DNA of 64,000 nt from a virus (lineage: Duplodnaviria > Heunggongvirae > Uroviricota > Caudoviricetes). The stretch lies in the IMG/VR virus record IMGVR_UViG_2881684137_000004, positions 1-64,000 of that record. One strand, given 5' to 3'. A model generated the notes under the pieces. That model did not search any database. It was not told the origin of the DNA and was given only the letters and a program-made list of their open reading frames with translations. The position numbers and the translations under genes are program-made. The stretch's first letter is position 1. Every line of letters begins with the position of its first letter. Of the stretch, positions 29,986 to 40,341 are shown one piece after another.

Positions 29986-31086
29986 TTAGTTAATTCTGAA
30001 GTTTTCATAAGAATCATAAAGCTGCTCAAATATTTCCCTTCCTTTATCGACCGGAGAATCTTTCTCTTCCTCGGAAAGTAAGTCTTCGCTATCCCACAAA
30101 GCAAAAACACTTCGATTCATACCAAACTTATCACCTTGTTTCTTAACATCTTCAATCCCTTTGTCCTTGTCCATTGCAATTATTACTCTGATCCCTGAGC
30201 CTAAGTCTTTGATTAACTTCACTTGTTGAGCGCTCAAATCGTCGCCGCTTATGGCTACACAGTTAGCATAACCATACTGTGTAGCTAACCAGCAGCTCTT
30301 TTCTCCTTCAAAAATTATAACTTCTTTTCTAATTAAAATATGAGTTAACGCTTTGTGGAAATTGTATAGTTCAATCACTTTATTGAAGTTATACAAATAC
30401 ATGAACTTATAAATCCCTTTTTTGTCGTAATCTTTGTGAATTGTCCTTCCTTTGATAGATACGATATCTCCATATTGATTGTGAACAGGAAAAATGATTC
30501 GTTCAGACAAAACATCAACGCCTATTTGAAAATCCACTTGTGTCTCTTTATCAATTCCTTCGCTAACATACTCTCGATACGGCTTCATCACATATTGATC
30601 TAAGACTGAATCTTCATATATTTTGTTTTCACTATATTCTTTAATGCTACTTTTCTTTCGACTGTTTTTGACCGACTTCAGCCAACTAAGATGATCAATC
30701 TTAACCGGATTTTTCAAATCAAAAGCTACTTTTCCCTTATAGTGCTTTAATTCATAGCCTAAGACATCACAAATCCATTGTTTTGCTTCATATAATTTAC
30801 GTTTTCTGCTTTCTTCAGTGTAAGAATTGAATTCTATGTATGAAACAAGGCCATAGATATCTATATTGCTTATACTCCTCGATCTAATACGACATTGCAA
30901 ATACTCTGTATTGTACACCTGGACAGACCTTGGATTATCGGAATTAAATTTGTCAGGTAATTGTGCTTCGAACCTATTTGACCTATCTACGATGTTTTTG
31001 CAGCCCAATTTTAACAGCAGTTTACTGATTTGATTCTCATTATAAATTTTATTTTTAATCTCGATTAAGTCATTTTCACTGCTCAA
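29986..31086 (-). CDS. DNA primase, DnaG-like TOPRIM domain
   Basis: TOPRIM signature IIFEGEKS...AMDKDKGIED. Confidence 0.75.
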   Translation of the reverse strand: MSSENDLIEIKNKIYNENQISKLLLKLGCKNIVDRSNRFEAQLPDKFNSDNPRSVQVYNTEYLQCRIRSRSISNIDIYGLVSYIEFNSYTEESRKRKLYEAKQWICDVLGYELKHYKGKVAFDLKNPVKIDHLSWLKSVKNSRKKSSIKEYSENKIYEDSVLDQYVMKPYREYVSEGIDKETQVDFQIGVDVLSERIIFPVHNQYGDIVSIKGRTIHKDYDKKGIYKFMYLYNFNKVIELYNFHKALTHILIRKEVIIFEGEKSCWLATQYGYANCVAISGDDLSAQQVKLIKDLGSGIRVIIAMDKDKGIEDVKKQGDKFGMNRSVFALWDSEDLLSEEEKDSPVDKGREIFEQLYDSYENFRIN

Positions 31087-31098
31087 ACTATCACCTCA

Positions 31099-32592
31099 TC
31101 AGCGTTCACGACCGTTGTTCTTAACTCTAGCCCAACAAACTTCTTTCCAGATATTTAGATCGGATATCACCTCATAAATAATTTGCTCATTTTCACTACC
31201 TTCACGATTCTTGGGAAGAAATAAAATCAAATATTTCTTTTCTTTATCTAATATGTATTCTTCCTCGTCAATTGTCCCGTCTTTTTGTTTCTTGTAATTA
31301 TAGCAATCAAATGAATTTCTTTCACCAGGGTATTCATCATCAAATACTAAGCGGCCTGCTATCACTACGGCTGCAACCTCTACAATCTCCATCGATTTAC
31401 CAATGCTGTCCAGATCAACATATCTAAACTCTTTACCTATTTTCATTTGTACTGTTGCCAAAGTTGCACAATTGTAATTCTCCTCTTTTACACAATCATG
31501 CAGCTCTTGTGCTGAGTTGGAGAATGCAAGCCATCGATCTGACTGTTGGGATAAATCTGGTTTAAAAGTATCGAAATAAATATAGCGGTAGTTCAATGGT
31601 CTGTGCAATTCAATGTTATTTATTACATCTTCAATCCTGTATTTCTTGAGAACAATCAGTTTGATAAAGTCTGGCTGATTTTGAGATAGCCATACAGCTG
31701 CTTCAAGCAATATTTCTTTTGTTTCCTTTGAATATTTCCCTCTATTAACAACATCTCGTGGGATAGGTTTTTTTAGAATCCTAGAAGCAACTGTTGCTAA
31801 CAACCTACCCTGCCATCTTTTCTTCCCTTCCTCATTTACAAAAATAATCGCTTTTTGAAATTGTAAATTGTTCTTCGGATTGAGTGCCTTAACGTTATGA
31901 TCAAAAATAGAAAGAACATATTTTTCAGTAACTATGCTACTTTTTCCTACTCCAGAGGAGAGAACAAGATACACTAGGTTACCAAGCTTTTGCCCATTAA
32001 TCCGTCTTGTCAGCCTTGGTGCATCAAAAAGTGGTAGACCCACCTCTTCACCCTTGTCTAATTCTTCAACCATTTCGACAATATCCTCTGTGAGATTGTA
32101 TACAACCACATCTCCTGAATTAATATGAGCAAAAGAGGTTTTAAACTGGTGTTGACAATATGTCAGTAATTGTTTTAATGACATATTTGCCAACTTCTCT
32201 ACATACTCTTTTTCTTCTATATTAATTAGATAATTATCTTGCATCTTCCTTAAAGATTCATACTTTTGTATCTCACTTAAATGATAATCATCATTCGGCT
32301 TTGAGGTGGAGCATTCATCCATCACTTCTTTAATTGTTGCGTAACCTCCGAACTTATCATATGTATCAAAATAAGAAGACTTACCCTTTTCCTTTGGCTT
32401 GGAGATCAGATATGTGTAAACAGTACTATCCTCAAATGTTCGGATTCCACTTTCATACATTTGAAGGCCAATTAAATAATAGAAGTACCATATGCTCTTT
32501 GTAAAAGTAGATTTTTCTATTTTATGAGATTTGTACTTAGAATAGAGATTAGGATTAAACCACAACGTACCAACTAATAATGTTTCATGCAT
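31099..32592 (-). CDS. replicative DNA helicase, DnaB-like (cf. SPbeta YorI)
   Basis: N-terminal DnaB-like domain and RecA-like core with Walker A LSSGVGKSS. Confidence 0.8.
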   Translation of the reverse strand: MHETLLVGTLWFNPNLYSKYKSHKIEKSTFTKSIWYFYYLIGLQMYESGIRTFEDSTVYTYLISKPKEKGKSSYFDTYDKFGGYATIKEVMDECSTSKPNDDYHLSEIQKYESLRKMQDNYLINIEEKEYVEKLANMSLKQLLTYCQHQFKTSFAHINSGDVVVYNLTEDIVEMVEELDKGEEVGLPLFDAPRLTRRINGQKLGNLVYLVLSSGVGKSSIVTEKYVLSIFDHNVKALNPKNNLQFQKAIIFVNEEGKKRWQGRLLATVASRILKKPIPRDVVNRGKYSKETKEILLEAAVWLSQNQPDFIKLIVLKKYRIEDVINNIELHRPLNYRYIYFDTFKPDLSQQSDRWLAFSNSAQELHDCVKEENYNCATLATVQMKIGKEFRYVDLDSIGKSMEIVEVAAVVIAGRLVFDDEYPGERNSFDCYNYKKQKDGTIDEEEYILDKEKKYLILFLPKNREGSENEQIIYEVISDLNIWKEVCWARVKNNGRER

Positions 32593-32643
32593 TTCGGAAG
32601 GAACAGTAAACTCCTTTAAATGTTTGCTAATATTAACACTCCT

Positions 32644-33258
32644 CTATTGTAGTAGGTCTGTGATGTCGAGTTCATCTTTACTGTTTGCATAAACATGACT
32701 GTTTTCTTCTTCGTTGCTATCGTCAATAACGGAAAGATTATGTATTTTTCTATTTAATTCTTTGGTCTTGTTCGCTTCGAATTTTTCCCGTTTTTTTCTT
32801 CTTAGCCATGCTTCGTTTAATTCTCCAATCATAATACTTATACAGTAATTTATTGCTCTGACATCATTGCTCCCTCTAAGTTTATTTTTAATGCACCATT
32901 GAATACTATCGTCTGCAAGAGCATAAGCTTCAAGCATTAAACTGTACTCAGCTCCCATTTTGAATCTCTTCTCTCTCTTACCTTTAACAACGTCATAGCC
33001 ATTTCTTAAAGCTTGTAGACGTATAATAATTGCTTTTGGCATTTCAATTAGCTGGTGTAGTTCTTTAACATACAGGAATAACTCATCCCATTTCTCAAGC
33101 TCTTTCGCTGTGTATTCTCTTTGTTCTATGTATTTATTATTACATCCTTCAATGCAAACATATCTTTTTTCGTTTGCAGGAACCATCAGATTAATATCTT
33201 CTTGGATTCCACAAATCAAACACTTCCTCTTCGTCACCTTCCTCTTCACTTCCGTCAT
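32644..33258 (-). CDS. hypothetical protein (possible zinc ribbon CLICG...CIEGC)
   Basis: ORF. Start uncertain; the 5' end overlaps the 3' end of the helicase gene in another frame. Confidence 0.4.
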   Translation of the reverse strand: MTEVKRKVTKRKCLICGIQEDINLMVPANEKRYVCIEGCNNKYIEQREYTAKELEKWDELFLYVKELHQLIEMPKAIIIRLQALRNGYDVVKGKREKRFKMGAEYSLMLEAYALADDSIQWCIKNKLRGSNDVRAINYCISIMIGELNEAWLRRKKREKFEANKTKELNRKIHNLSVIDDSNEEENSHVYANSKDELDITDLLQ

Positions 33259-35260
33259 CTGCAACATAACCTCCATACTCAAAGTCAATATAATCTGTAA
33301 TAAATCTACTCGGAAACGCCTCTTTATTTCTGTATTGTTGAACAAAACTAAGATTCAGCTCTTCTTCTGCTCGTGTGACTAAAACATAGAACAGCCGATT
33401 TTCTTCTTCAAGAGCCTGTGCTGGTGAGATGCTGTCTGAACACTCATTTAATGCAGAACTATGAGGAAGCACTGTCTCATTCATCAGAATCCCAAATACG
33501 TGTTTGTATTCCAATCCCTTAGACTTATGTATGGTCATTAATTTAACAGCATCTTTATTTCCAAATCCTTTAGATTCTTTTTGCTTCTTTGCATTTTTAA
33601 TGACCCTATTAACAAATCTGATATATGAACCAATATCTTCGTATCGCTTACTGGAGTTCTCTAATTCATCCAGGGTTTCGATGATAATCTCCCTGTGTAA
33701 TGAAGTAGTTTCGCTGTCATCATCTCCAATAAGATATTTTTCATAATCTTCTCTCAAGACCTTCAGAGCGATAATAGGCTTATAATCTTCAATTCGTTTC
33801 AGCGCGGATAGTTTATCAGCCACTTTTCTTTTTGCATATTGATTGTCGATCAAATTCAAAACATGCTCAATTGGTCTAGCTATAGGACTTTGTTTCTGTA
33901 ACTTACCGATATCAACTATTTTATCCTTCCTAATGTACATTGTTGGAAGTACCTCTCCAATTGCATTGAAATCATATGGATCAGCAATGACTCTCAAAAA
34001 GGCAAGTAGTGGTTTGACTATAGAGTTTTCATAAAAAACATCGTCTGTACTTGATGTGATGAAAGGAACATCACTTAACAGCAACTCTTCAAATATAGCT
34101 CTTGAATTAGAATTGGTTCGATATATGATCGCGAAATCAGAATACTTAGCGTCTTCGAGCTTTACTTTTTCCTTAATTTTTTTGGTAATCTCAGCTGCTT
34201 CGTGATCAGCAGATTCATAAACTTTTATACTTGGATAGATACTTGATTGCTTCGAAGCTAACGATTCTTTTTCAAGTCTCATCTTGTTCTTTTTGATTGC
34301 ATCATTAGCAAGCCCCAAAATGGTATTTGTTGACCTATAATTTGTATTCATCATAATAATTTTTGTTTCTGGATACCTTTTGGGGAAGTTTAAAATATTT
34401 TGTATCCTAGCTCCATTGAATGAAAATACACACTGATCTGAGTCACCAATTATAACCAAATTATTCTTCGGTGCTGTGATCATTTCAATGATTTCAAATT
34501 GCAGTAAATTTGTATCTTGAGCTTCATCAACCATTATGTATTGATATCTGTTTCTGATTGATTCTAATAGTGATGGATCTGACTTAAGCAGATGATAACA
34601 GTCTAGTCCCATATCGTCGAAATCGAGCAGATCTTTATCTCTCTTATATTCCTCATACTTATTCCATATTTTATAAATTTCAAGATTACAATTATCACTT
34701 TTACGATAATCCTTTAATGTCTTGAGCTGATTCTTGCAACTAGAAATCAACGAAAGGATATCTTCTGGTCTATATTTCTTCTCGTCAATTCCTAAAGACC
34801 GTGTAATCATTTTTATTGTGATTTGCTTGCTTTTGTCACTTGATAATATCCCTCGTTCTTCACCGTTCTCCCTCAGTATCTTTAAAAAGAAGCTATGAAA
34901 AGTTCCAGCAGTCACTTTTGAAAGTTCTTTCTTAGTGTTTAATCCAAGTTTAACTGCCTTTTCAATCATTTCTTTTGCAGCAGTTTTAGTAAACGTTATA
35001 AGTAAAACATTACTTAAATCAACTTTATGTATCTTATTTAAATATGAAAGCCTTGAAACTACTGTTGAGGATTTACCTGCACCTGCAACAGCGTTGACTA
35101 GTGCAAAGTTTTCTCTGTGTCGAACAAGTTCGATTTGACCACTGTTTAGTTTGATGTTTAGTTCTTCAAGCTTTCTGAAAAAATGAGAATCAGTGTCGGT
35201 ATCACTTACTAAATCTAGACTGGTAAGGCCATTAGACATTTGAGCTTTAGCGTATTTCAA
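33191..35260 (-). CDS. UvrD/PcrA/Rep-family SF1 DNA helicase
   Basis: Walker A AGAGKSS, FTKTAAKEM, DEAQDT, NYRS, TIHKSKGLE, VLVTRA motifs. TTG start with RBS GGGAGG. Confidence 0.85.
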   Translation of the reverse strand: MKYAKAQMSNGLTSLDLVSDTDTDSHFFRKLEELNIKLNSGQIELVRHRENFALVNAVAGAGKSSTVVSRLSYLNKIHKVDLSNVLLITFTKTAAKEMIEKAVKLGLNTKKELSKVTAGTFHSFFLKILRENGEERGILSSDKSKQITIKMITRSLGIDEKKYRPEDILSLISSCKNQLKTLKDYRKSDNCNLEIYKIWNKYEEYKRDKDLLDFDDMGLDCYHLLKSDPSLLESIRNRYQYIMVDEAQDTNLLQFEIIEMITAPKNNLVIIGDSDQCVFSFNGARIQNILNFPKRYPETKIIMMNTNYRSTNTILGLANDAIKKNKMRLEKESLASKQSSIYPSIKVYESADHEAAEITKKIKEKVKLEDAKYSDFAIIYRTNSNSRAIFEELLLSDVPFITSSTDDVFYENSIVKPLLAFLRVIADPYDFNAIGEVLPTMYIRKDKIVDIGKLQKQSPIARPIEHVLNLIDNQYAKRKVADKLSALKRIEDYKPIIALKVLREDYEKYLIGDDDSETTSLHREIIIETLDELENSSKRYEDIGSYIRFVNRVIKNAKKQKESKGFGNKDAVKLMTIHKSKGLEYKHVFGILMNETVLPHSSALNECSDSISPAQALEEENRLFYVLVTRAEEELNLSFVQQYRNKEAFPSRFITDYIDFEYGGYVADDGSEEEGDEEEVFDLWNPRRY

Positions 35261-35280
35261 TTAGATACCTCCCTATGAAA

Positions 35281-35487
35281 CTACTTGTCATCATTTTTCA
35301 ATCCAATACTAAAAGCTAGAGCAAAAATCATTACTAACATTACAATTAGAACATTGATCCATATTGGCGATAAAACCCACCACCAAGACCACAAAATATA
35401 ACCAGATATTTTCAATGCAATAAATACGATTGCTAGCATGCCTGTGAATCCTACACCATTATTAGAGCGTATTTTATTATTTTTCAT
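35281..35487 (-). CDS. small membrane protein (two TM helices, Trp-rich)
   Basis: ORF. Confidence 0.5.
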   Translation of the reverse strand: MKNNKIRSNNGVGFTGMLAIVFIALKISGYILWSWWWVLSPIWINVLIVMLVMIFALAFSIGLKNDDK

Positions 35488-35573
35488 TTTCCCTCTCCCT
35501 TCATCTTTATTACCTATAATTTTAAGTTTTGTTTGAACTTATCAAGCATCGTTATAGTATTTCCTATTCATTT

Positions 35574-35825
35574 TCAAACTTTAACTACATCATACACACT
35601 TACAAATAACTCTTTATCATCATCCCAATCAGCTTTCATGGCATATCTTCCTGGTTCCACAGGCATCTCAATTCTGTTATTACAGAAATCATTCATATCC
35701 ATCCCTACTAATCCGAAATTCAATTCATCTCCAGATTTTCTATGTTTAAAAGAAGTAATCTCTGATTCGAACGCATCAACAATAATTACTTCGACTATTA
35801 CCTCTGTGATATCAAATCTACTCAT
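35574..35825 (-). CDS. hypothetical protein
   Basis: ORF. Confidence 0.45.
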   Translation of the reverse strand: MSRFDITEVIVEVIIVDAFESEITSFKHRKSGDELNFGLVGMDMNDFCNNRIEMPVEPGRYAMKADWDDDKELFVSVYDVVKV

Positions 35826-36105
35826 TTCTACTCCTCCTTTTTTGAATGTTTTGTAATACTTCTATAAACTCATCTAGTGTAGCATCTGAAATTTCTCCAT
35901 TATTACCATGAATTTCTCTTTCTAGTCTTTCTAACGATAGCAGGTCATTTTGTGCATCTGTTATTCTCAACAGTTCATCATTGGACGATTTAAGTCTGTT
36001 GTAATTAATGAAGACCATATGATAAGAGGCTATCAGAAGAATGATAATTAACGCGATAATGATTCTTTTTAAATACACTTCGAAAAAAATTGAATACTTT
36101 TTCAT
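35818..36105 (-). CDS. hypothetical membrane-anchored protein
   Basis: ORF with N-terminal TM helix. Confidence 0.45.
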   Translation of the reverse strand: MKKYSIFFEVYLKRIIIALIIILLIASYHMVFINYNRLKSSNDELLRITDAQNDLLSLERLEREIHGNNGEISDATLDEFIEVLQNIQKRRSRNE

Positions 36106-36107
36106 AC

Positions 36108-36323
36108 TTATCTGCCCTCCTCTTTAAGTTTCTTCATTCTCAAATATTCATTAAATGCTATTTGAAAATTTACTTTCCCTGTTCTTCTGCCTGCGTACAC
36201 TATCATGTAATTTATTCGATCTTCATTTTCTACAAACGCGTTTACTAGTTGCTTTTGCCATTGTAAGAGTTTGTATCCAAAATGTTTCTCAATCCAGTCA
36301 ATCATCTCATTTGATTTATTCAT
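36108..36323 (-). CDS. hypothetical protein (71 aa from internal ATG)
   Basis: RBS AGGAGT precedes ATG (MNKSNEM...). The longer form overlaps the upstream gene. Confidence 0.4.
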   Translation of the reverse strand: MNKSNEMIDWIEKHFGYKLLQWQKQLVNAFVENEDRINYMIVYAGRRTGKVNFQIAFNEYLRMKKLKEEGR

Positions 36324-36753
36324 TAGTACTACTCCTGCTAAAAATCTTTTTAATCCACTTTGCAAATGAAATCGATGAGCGCTCTTCAAAGTTGTGACAT
36401 CCATTTTCACTCTTTTCATATGAGCATCTAAATGCCGAACTTGATGTATCGTTATTAAGACTACAATTCTTACAGACAACCTCGCTTAGCTCTTGTCTGT
36501 CTTCTTTGTTCATTATATAAAAATCAACTTTTCTTATTTTCAAATAATTGTATAAGTATACGATTCGACTGTATAACTGTTCTTCCGCAATTATATTCCA
36601 CTTGTAATATCTCTTTGGTTCCTTACAAATAATTGGCTGCTTATTATCAATGTAAGCCTTAAGCTCGTCCAGTGTATGATAATCTTCAATCACAAACGTA
36701 TCTTCAGTTCTTCCTCCAAAAGCTTGCTCACCGCTACACTTAACAATGATCAT
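36316..36753 (-). CDS. hypothetical protein
   Basis: ORF. Confidence 0.5.
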   Translation of the reverse strand: MIIVKCSGEQAFGGRTEDTFVIEDYHTLDELKAYIDNKQPIICKEPKRYYKWNIIAEEQLYSRIVYLYNYLKIRKVDFYIMNKEDRQELSEVVCKNCSLNNDTSSSAFRCSYEKSENGCHNFEERSSISFAKWIKKIFSRSSTNE

Positions 36754-36758
36754 CTGCT

Positions 36759-37445
36759 TTAAGCCTCCTTATTTACATACCAGCAAACATCTAAGCAATT
36801 GTCCCAACATACATTTTTAGTTTCTATTTCATGATTTTTAAATTCTCTAAAAAAGCCATATTTTAAATCGTCTTTCTCTAAATCTGACAATGTTGCATCT
36901 GCTTCGATCTTTAAATAAAGTTCTTCTTGGGTATTCGCATAGAAACCACCATCTCTTCCATCAGTGCAACCATATAAAACTGAATACTTATAAACCTTTT
37001 TAATTGTGTTTTCAAATATTCTTTTCAGATCATGAGAGTATCCAAATCTATTCTTATTTATGCTAATACTCTTTATTAGATTCCCGTCATCATGTCGCAT
37101 TGTTGCTGCATGCCAATCGCAAAACATTTCTACGATATCAAACAAATTCATATCTTGAATGCCATTGGGATAATGTTCAGGATGATGAGAATTTTTTGAA
37201 TAGTGATGTTTTAGTGCCACATCCATTTCATTCAAAAATGATTTGTATTCATCAGATCCATATGTGCTGTTCTTGAGTTTTGGTGTAAATTCGGTAAAGA
37301 TTTCAAGCTCAGGAGACTTTAATTTTGATTGGTCATGTTTTAGTGAACGATCAAGAATTTCCCTAGAAAACCCAATCATAAACTCTCGAACTTGTGCAAT
37401 ATGTTCTCTTGTATCTCTAATACAGTCGTCCTGTGAGTATGTCAT
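36759..37445 (-). CDS. putative HD-domain-like metal-dependent phosphohydrolase
   Basis: H...HD...H...H...D pattern (REH, KHDQSK, HHYSKNSHHPEH, DWHAA...HDD). Confidence 0.45.
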   Translation of the reverse strand: MTYSQDDCIRDTREHIAQVREFMIGFSREILDRSLKHDQSKLKSPELEIFTEFTPKLKNSTYGSDEYKSFLNEMDVALKHHYSKNSHHPEHYPNGIQDMNLFDIVEMFCDWHAATMRHDDGNLIKSISINKNRFGYSHDLKRIFENTIKKVYKYSVLYGCTDGRDGGFYANTQEELYLKIEADATLSDLEKDDLKYGFFREFKNHEIETKNVCWDNCLDVCWYVNKEA

Positions 37446-37462
37446 TTGTTATTCCTTCCTCT

Positions 37463-37783
37463 TTAAAAGTAAGTATTCGGTCGATATTTTAATGTTTCTT
37501 CCTCTAATTTTCTCTGCTCTGTGTAATGCTTATAATAACGATCAATATCGTTTTCAACAAAATGTTTCAGGATTTTTCCATCACCGAATTCATCATAAAT
37601 TACTTTATCAGGCATTCGTTCTAATATGTATTTAATAGCTCTGTTCGCTGTTTCATAAAATCTTCCTTTGAATACTCTTGGCTCTAAGTACTTGTTCTCA
37701 TCAAGATTAATTCTTTGTATAATCACTTGTTCTGGATAACGTTCAGCGCCAAGGATGTATAGCATATTCAAATTAATAATCAC
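37463..37783 (-). CDS. hypothetical protein
   Basis: ORF. Confidence 0.5.
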   Translation of the reverse strand: MIINLNMLYILGAERYPEQVIIQRINLDENKYLEPRVFKGRFYETANRAIKYILERMPDKVIYDEFGDGKILKHFVENDIDRYYKHYTEQRKLEEETLKYRPNTYF

Positions 37784-37873
37784 CTCTTATATATATTCCA
37801 CTTATAATATCTTAATTTGTAAATATAATTACTACTTTTCTGTACTTATAAATCAATTACAGTTACATCTCCT

Positions 37874-38155
37874 TTACTCTTGATAACAATACGAGAATGT
37901 GGTGTAATCAGTTAATTCTTGTGGCACCCTGACTAGATAAAAAGTGTTTGCAGGAATATATTTGCTATACTGTACCCTCACTAATCCATGTTTTGTACGT
38001 AATTTTGCTATATTTTTCATAGTCTCAAGTGAGGTAATCAGAACAGTGCTCTCTATTTTATTGCCAGCAGCTACAAACTTATCAATATCTTGATGATCAT
38101 ATTCAGGAATAAGTTGGTTCATTAGTTCGTTTAGTTTATTTATATCTAATGTCAT
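37874..38155 (-). CDS. hypothetical protein
   Basis: ORF. Confidence 0.5.
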   Translation of the reverse strand: MTLDINKLNELMNQLIPEYDHQDIDKFVAAGNKIESTVLITSLETMKNIAKLRTKHGLVRVQYSKYIPANTFYLVRVPQELTDYTTFSYCYQE

Positions 38156-38262
38156 TAAACAACCTCCCTTTTATATTGAATGTTGATAACCGTTCTATTG
38201 TTCACTTCCATTATGCTCTATACTAATTTGTGGTAGAATATTAAAATAATATTGTAATTGGA

Positions 38263-38955
38263 GTGATACTTTTGTTAAAAAACAGAGTTCTATATCAACT
38301 AGCAATAATGCAATTTCATTCCCTTAAAAGCTACTCTGAAGAAATGGAGGATTCAATTAAGTCGAGTGCAGCTAAATATCGAGAACACCTAAATGAAGAA
38401 GCTAAAAGTATTGATTCGTTTGATGATCAATTCTGGGAATATGGGTCTGATCGTCTAAAAGAGCTTCATATTGATTATCCCAATCATCTTCGTTCATCGT
38501 TACTAATCACTTGTATTACTATCGTAGAAAAGACGTTGACGAACATTCATTATGATATTAAAAATGAAACCGATATTAACATTGTAGGTTTAAATAGTAA
38601 AAAGTTGAAAGGCAGTACTATTAACAAAGTTGTAACTAGTATTCACTCTGATGAAATCTCACTTCATGAACTTATCAGCAGCGAGGAATGGAAAAATTTA
38701 AAATTCTACATTGACATTAGAAATCGTGTCGTCCATGATGCTGGCCTTGTCCATCCTAAAAAGCACGAAGAACTGTTTGGTCGTATTAAGCAAATTGAAT
38801 CGCAAGGTTCTGGTATTGTCGGCTTGAATACCTATCATGAAATAACATTTTCAGACAAGTTCTCTGAGAAAGTTATTTCAGATTGTCAGACCGTTTTGGA
38901 GCAATTCACCACTGTCATAAATAATCACTTCAAATCTAATCCTAAGCCTCTCTAA
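38263..38955 (+). CDS. HEPN-like domain protein (plus-strand moron; candidate abortive-infection / RNase-type factor)
   Basis: C-terminal FYIDIRNRVVHDAG fits the HEPN Rx4H motif (R-N-x-x-x-H). Opposite orientation to the surrounding operon, with its own terminator. Likely TTG/GTG start. Confidence 0.55.
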   Translation: MILLLKNRVLYQLAIMQFHSLKSYSEEMEDSIKSSAAKYREHLNEEAKSIDSFDDQFWEYGSDRLKELHIDYPNHLRSSLLITCITIVEKTLTNIHYDIKNETDINIVGLNSKKLKGSTINKVVTSIHSDEISLHELISSEEWKNLKFYIDIRNRVVHDAGLVHPKKHEELFGRIKQIESQGSGIVGLNTYHEITFSDKFSEKVISDCQTVLEQFTTVINNHFKSNPKPL

Positions 38956-38967
38956 GAGGCTTTTTAT
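38944..38967 (+). terminator. rho-independent terminator
   Basis: AAGCCTCT-CTA-AGAGGCTT followed by TTTTT. Confidence 0.7.
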
Positions 38968-39014
38968 GTATCACGGTATGAATTTAATGTTCAATATCAT
39001 CTTCCTCATTATAA

Positions 39015-39254
39015 CTAATACCCTTTCACAATGTTGCCTTGATATACGTCAAACCATTCATATGAATATCGTTCGAGTTTGCCCTTGTCATTTACAACCT
39101 CTATGTCACAATAAGAAGTTTTGCATACGTAAACTTTACCTTCTGTCAAATCAAAGTCGCTTGTATTTGCAATTAGCAAATCGCCAGAGCTTACTTTCAC
39201 CTCTTGACTATGGCAATTGATAGGAATAATATCGCCCCATCTGTCGGTCTTCAT
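39015..39254 (-). CDS. hypothetical protein
   Basis: Strong RBS AGGAGGAAAAGAA before ATG. Confidence 0.55.
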   Translation of the reverse strand: MKTDRWGDIIPINCHSQEVKVSSGDLLIANTSDFDLTEGKVYVCKTSYCDIEVVNDKGKLERYSYEWFDVYQGNIVKGY

Positions 39255-39504
39255 TTCTTTTCCTCCTATGAAACATGGATTTCAAATTGTTCAACGATTA
39301 ATGCTCTTATTGAACATTTTATTAAACTTTCTTCTTTTCTTTCTGTTTTTCATTAAAGTGAATGACTAGAATATATAGCTTTTGATACCATTTTAGTCTC
39401 AAACCGAAGAATTGTTCAAATAGCTCTATTGGGTGTTTATCTGCCCACTTATAAAACTCATGTGCGCTCGACATGTAAGTTTCTTGATTATCTTTCCTCA
39501 TATC

Positions 39505-39756
39505 TTATTCTGTCCACCATTTGAAATTTCTCATGGCGATGTCGTTTTCTTCTATATTGTTTCGTGCTTCTTGGACTGCATTTTTATATTTCTCAATAGA
39601 TTTTTCTGCCCAATATAATTCAGACAACCGATCAGAAAGCTCATCCTGAAGTCTAAGAGACATGTTTTCTAATTCTGTAAATTGACGCGCGCACTCACAC
39701 TCAGGGCAACTTTCGGTTTCGTACTCCACTTCACATTCTACACAAGTTTTATTCAT
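39505..39756 (-). CDS. hypothetical zinc-ribbon protein
   Basis: CVEC...CPEC motif. Confidence 0.5.
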   Translation of the reverse strand: MNKTCVECEVEYETESCPECECARQFTELENMSLRLQDELSDRLSELYWAEKSIEKYKNAVQEARNNIEENDIAMRNFKWWTE

Positions 39757-39770
39757 TTTTGTTCCTCCGG

Positions 39771-40088
39771 TTAACTTTTCATTTCGCTAACATCCACTTC
39801 GCATTCACTATCTTCGCTAATTATTTTTATATTTATGGCTCTATTCACTTCTTTATCATTAGCAAACCAGGGCTTCTTACCATCATTTAAAGGCACCCCA
39901 TATCCTTCAATATATCTTTCACCGAACCTTGCGCGGTATTGTGCAATGTTTTCTGCGTGTTCTTCTAGGTCATGCAAGTCAGCAAAGTATTCTCGATAAC
40001 CCTTCATCCATTCCTCATCCAGTACACTTTCATCAAGTTCGACTATGTATTCGTCTGTTCGCTGTACTTTACATAAGTATCTCTTCAA
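39771..40088 (-). CDS. hypothetical protein
   Basis: ORF. Confidence 0.5.
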   Translation of the reverse strand: MKRYLCKVQRTDEYIVELDESVLDEEWMKGYREYFADLHDLEEHAENIAQYRARFGERYIEGYGVPLNDGKKPWFANDKEVNRAINIKIISEDSECEVDVSEMKS

Positions 40089-40104
40089 CCATCCCTACCT
40101 CGAT

Positions 40105-40305
40105 TCAACTGTTGTGTGTGCGCCTTTCCAGGCAATTCATCATTAATTCCTTTTGATGCTCTAATTCTCTTTCTGCTTCTCTTTGCCTAGTAAAATTATA
40201 CTCACTAAGATCATGATTCCAATCGCATTTCTCACAAACGTTCCCATCAAAGGTTTTCTCGATACGAACCCTTCCACAATTCTCACACTCATAGTTTAAA
40301 TACAT
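40105..40305 (-). CDS. hypothetical zinc-ribbon protein
   Basis: CENC...CEKC motif. Confidence 0.45.
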   Translation of the reverse strand: MYLNYECENCGRVRIEKTFDGNVCEKCDWNHDLSEYNFTRQREAERELEHQKELMMNCLERRTHNS

Positions 40306-40341
40306 TTAATCACCTCAACATACTTGAAATCTGGACTCCAT

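Noticed and set aside
35533-35856. Plus-strand ORFs 35533..35856 and many similar ones (e.g. 5912..6292, 15285..15930, 21232..21627, 58706..59211)
   Set aside because: They overlap well-supported minus-strand genes, are low-complexity (Ser/Leu/Phe-rich), and lack RBSs. Treated as antisense artefacts.
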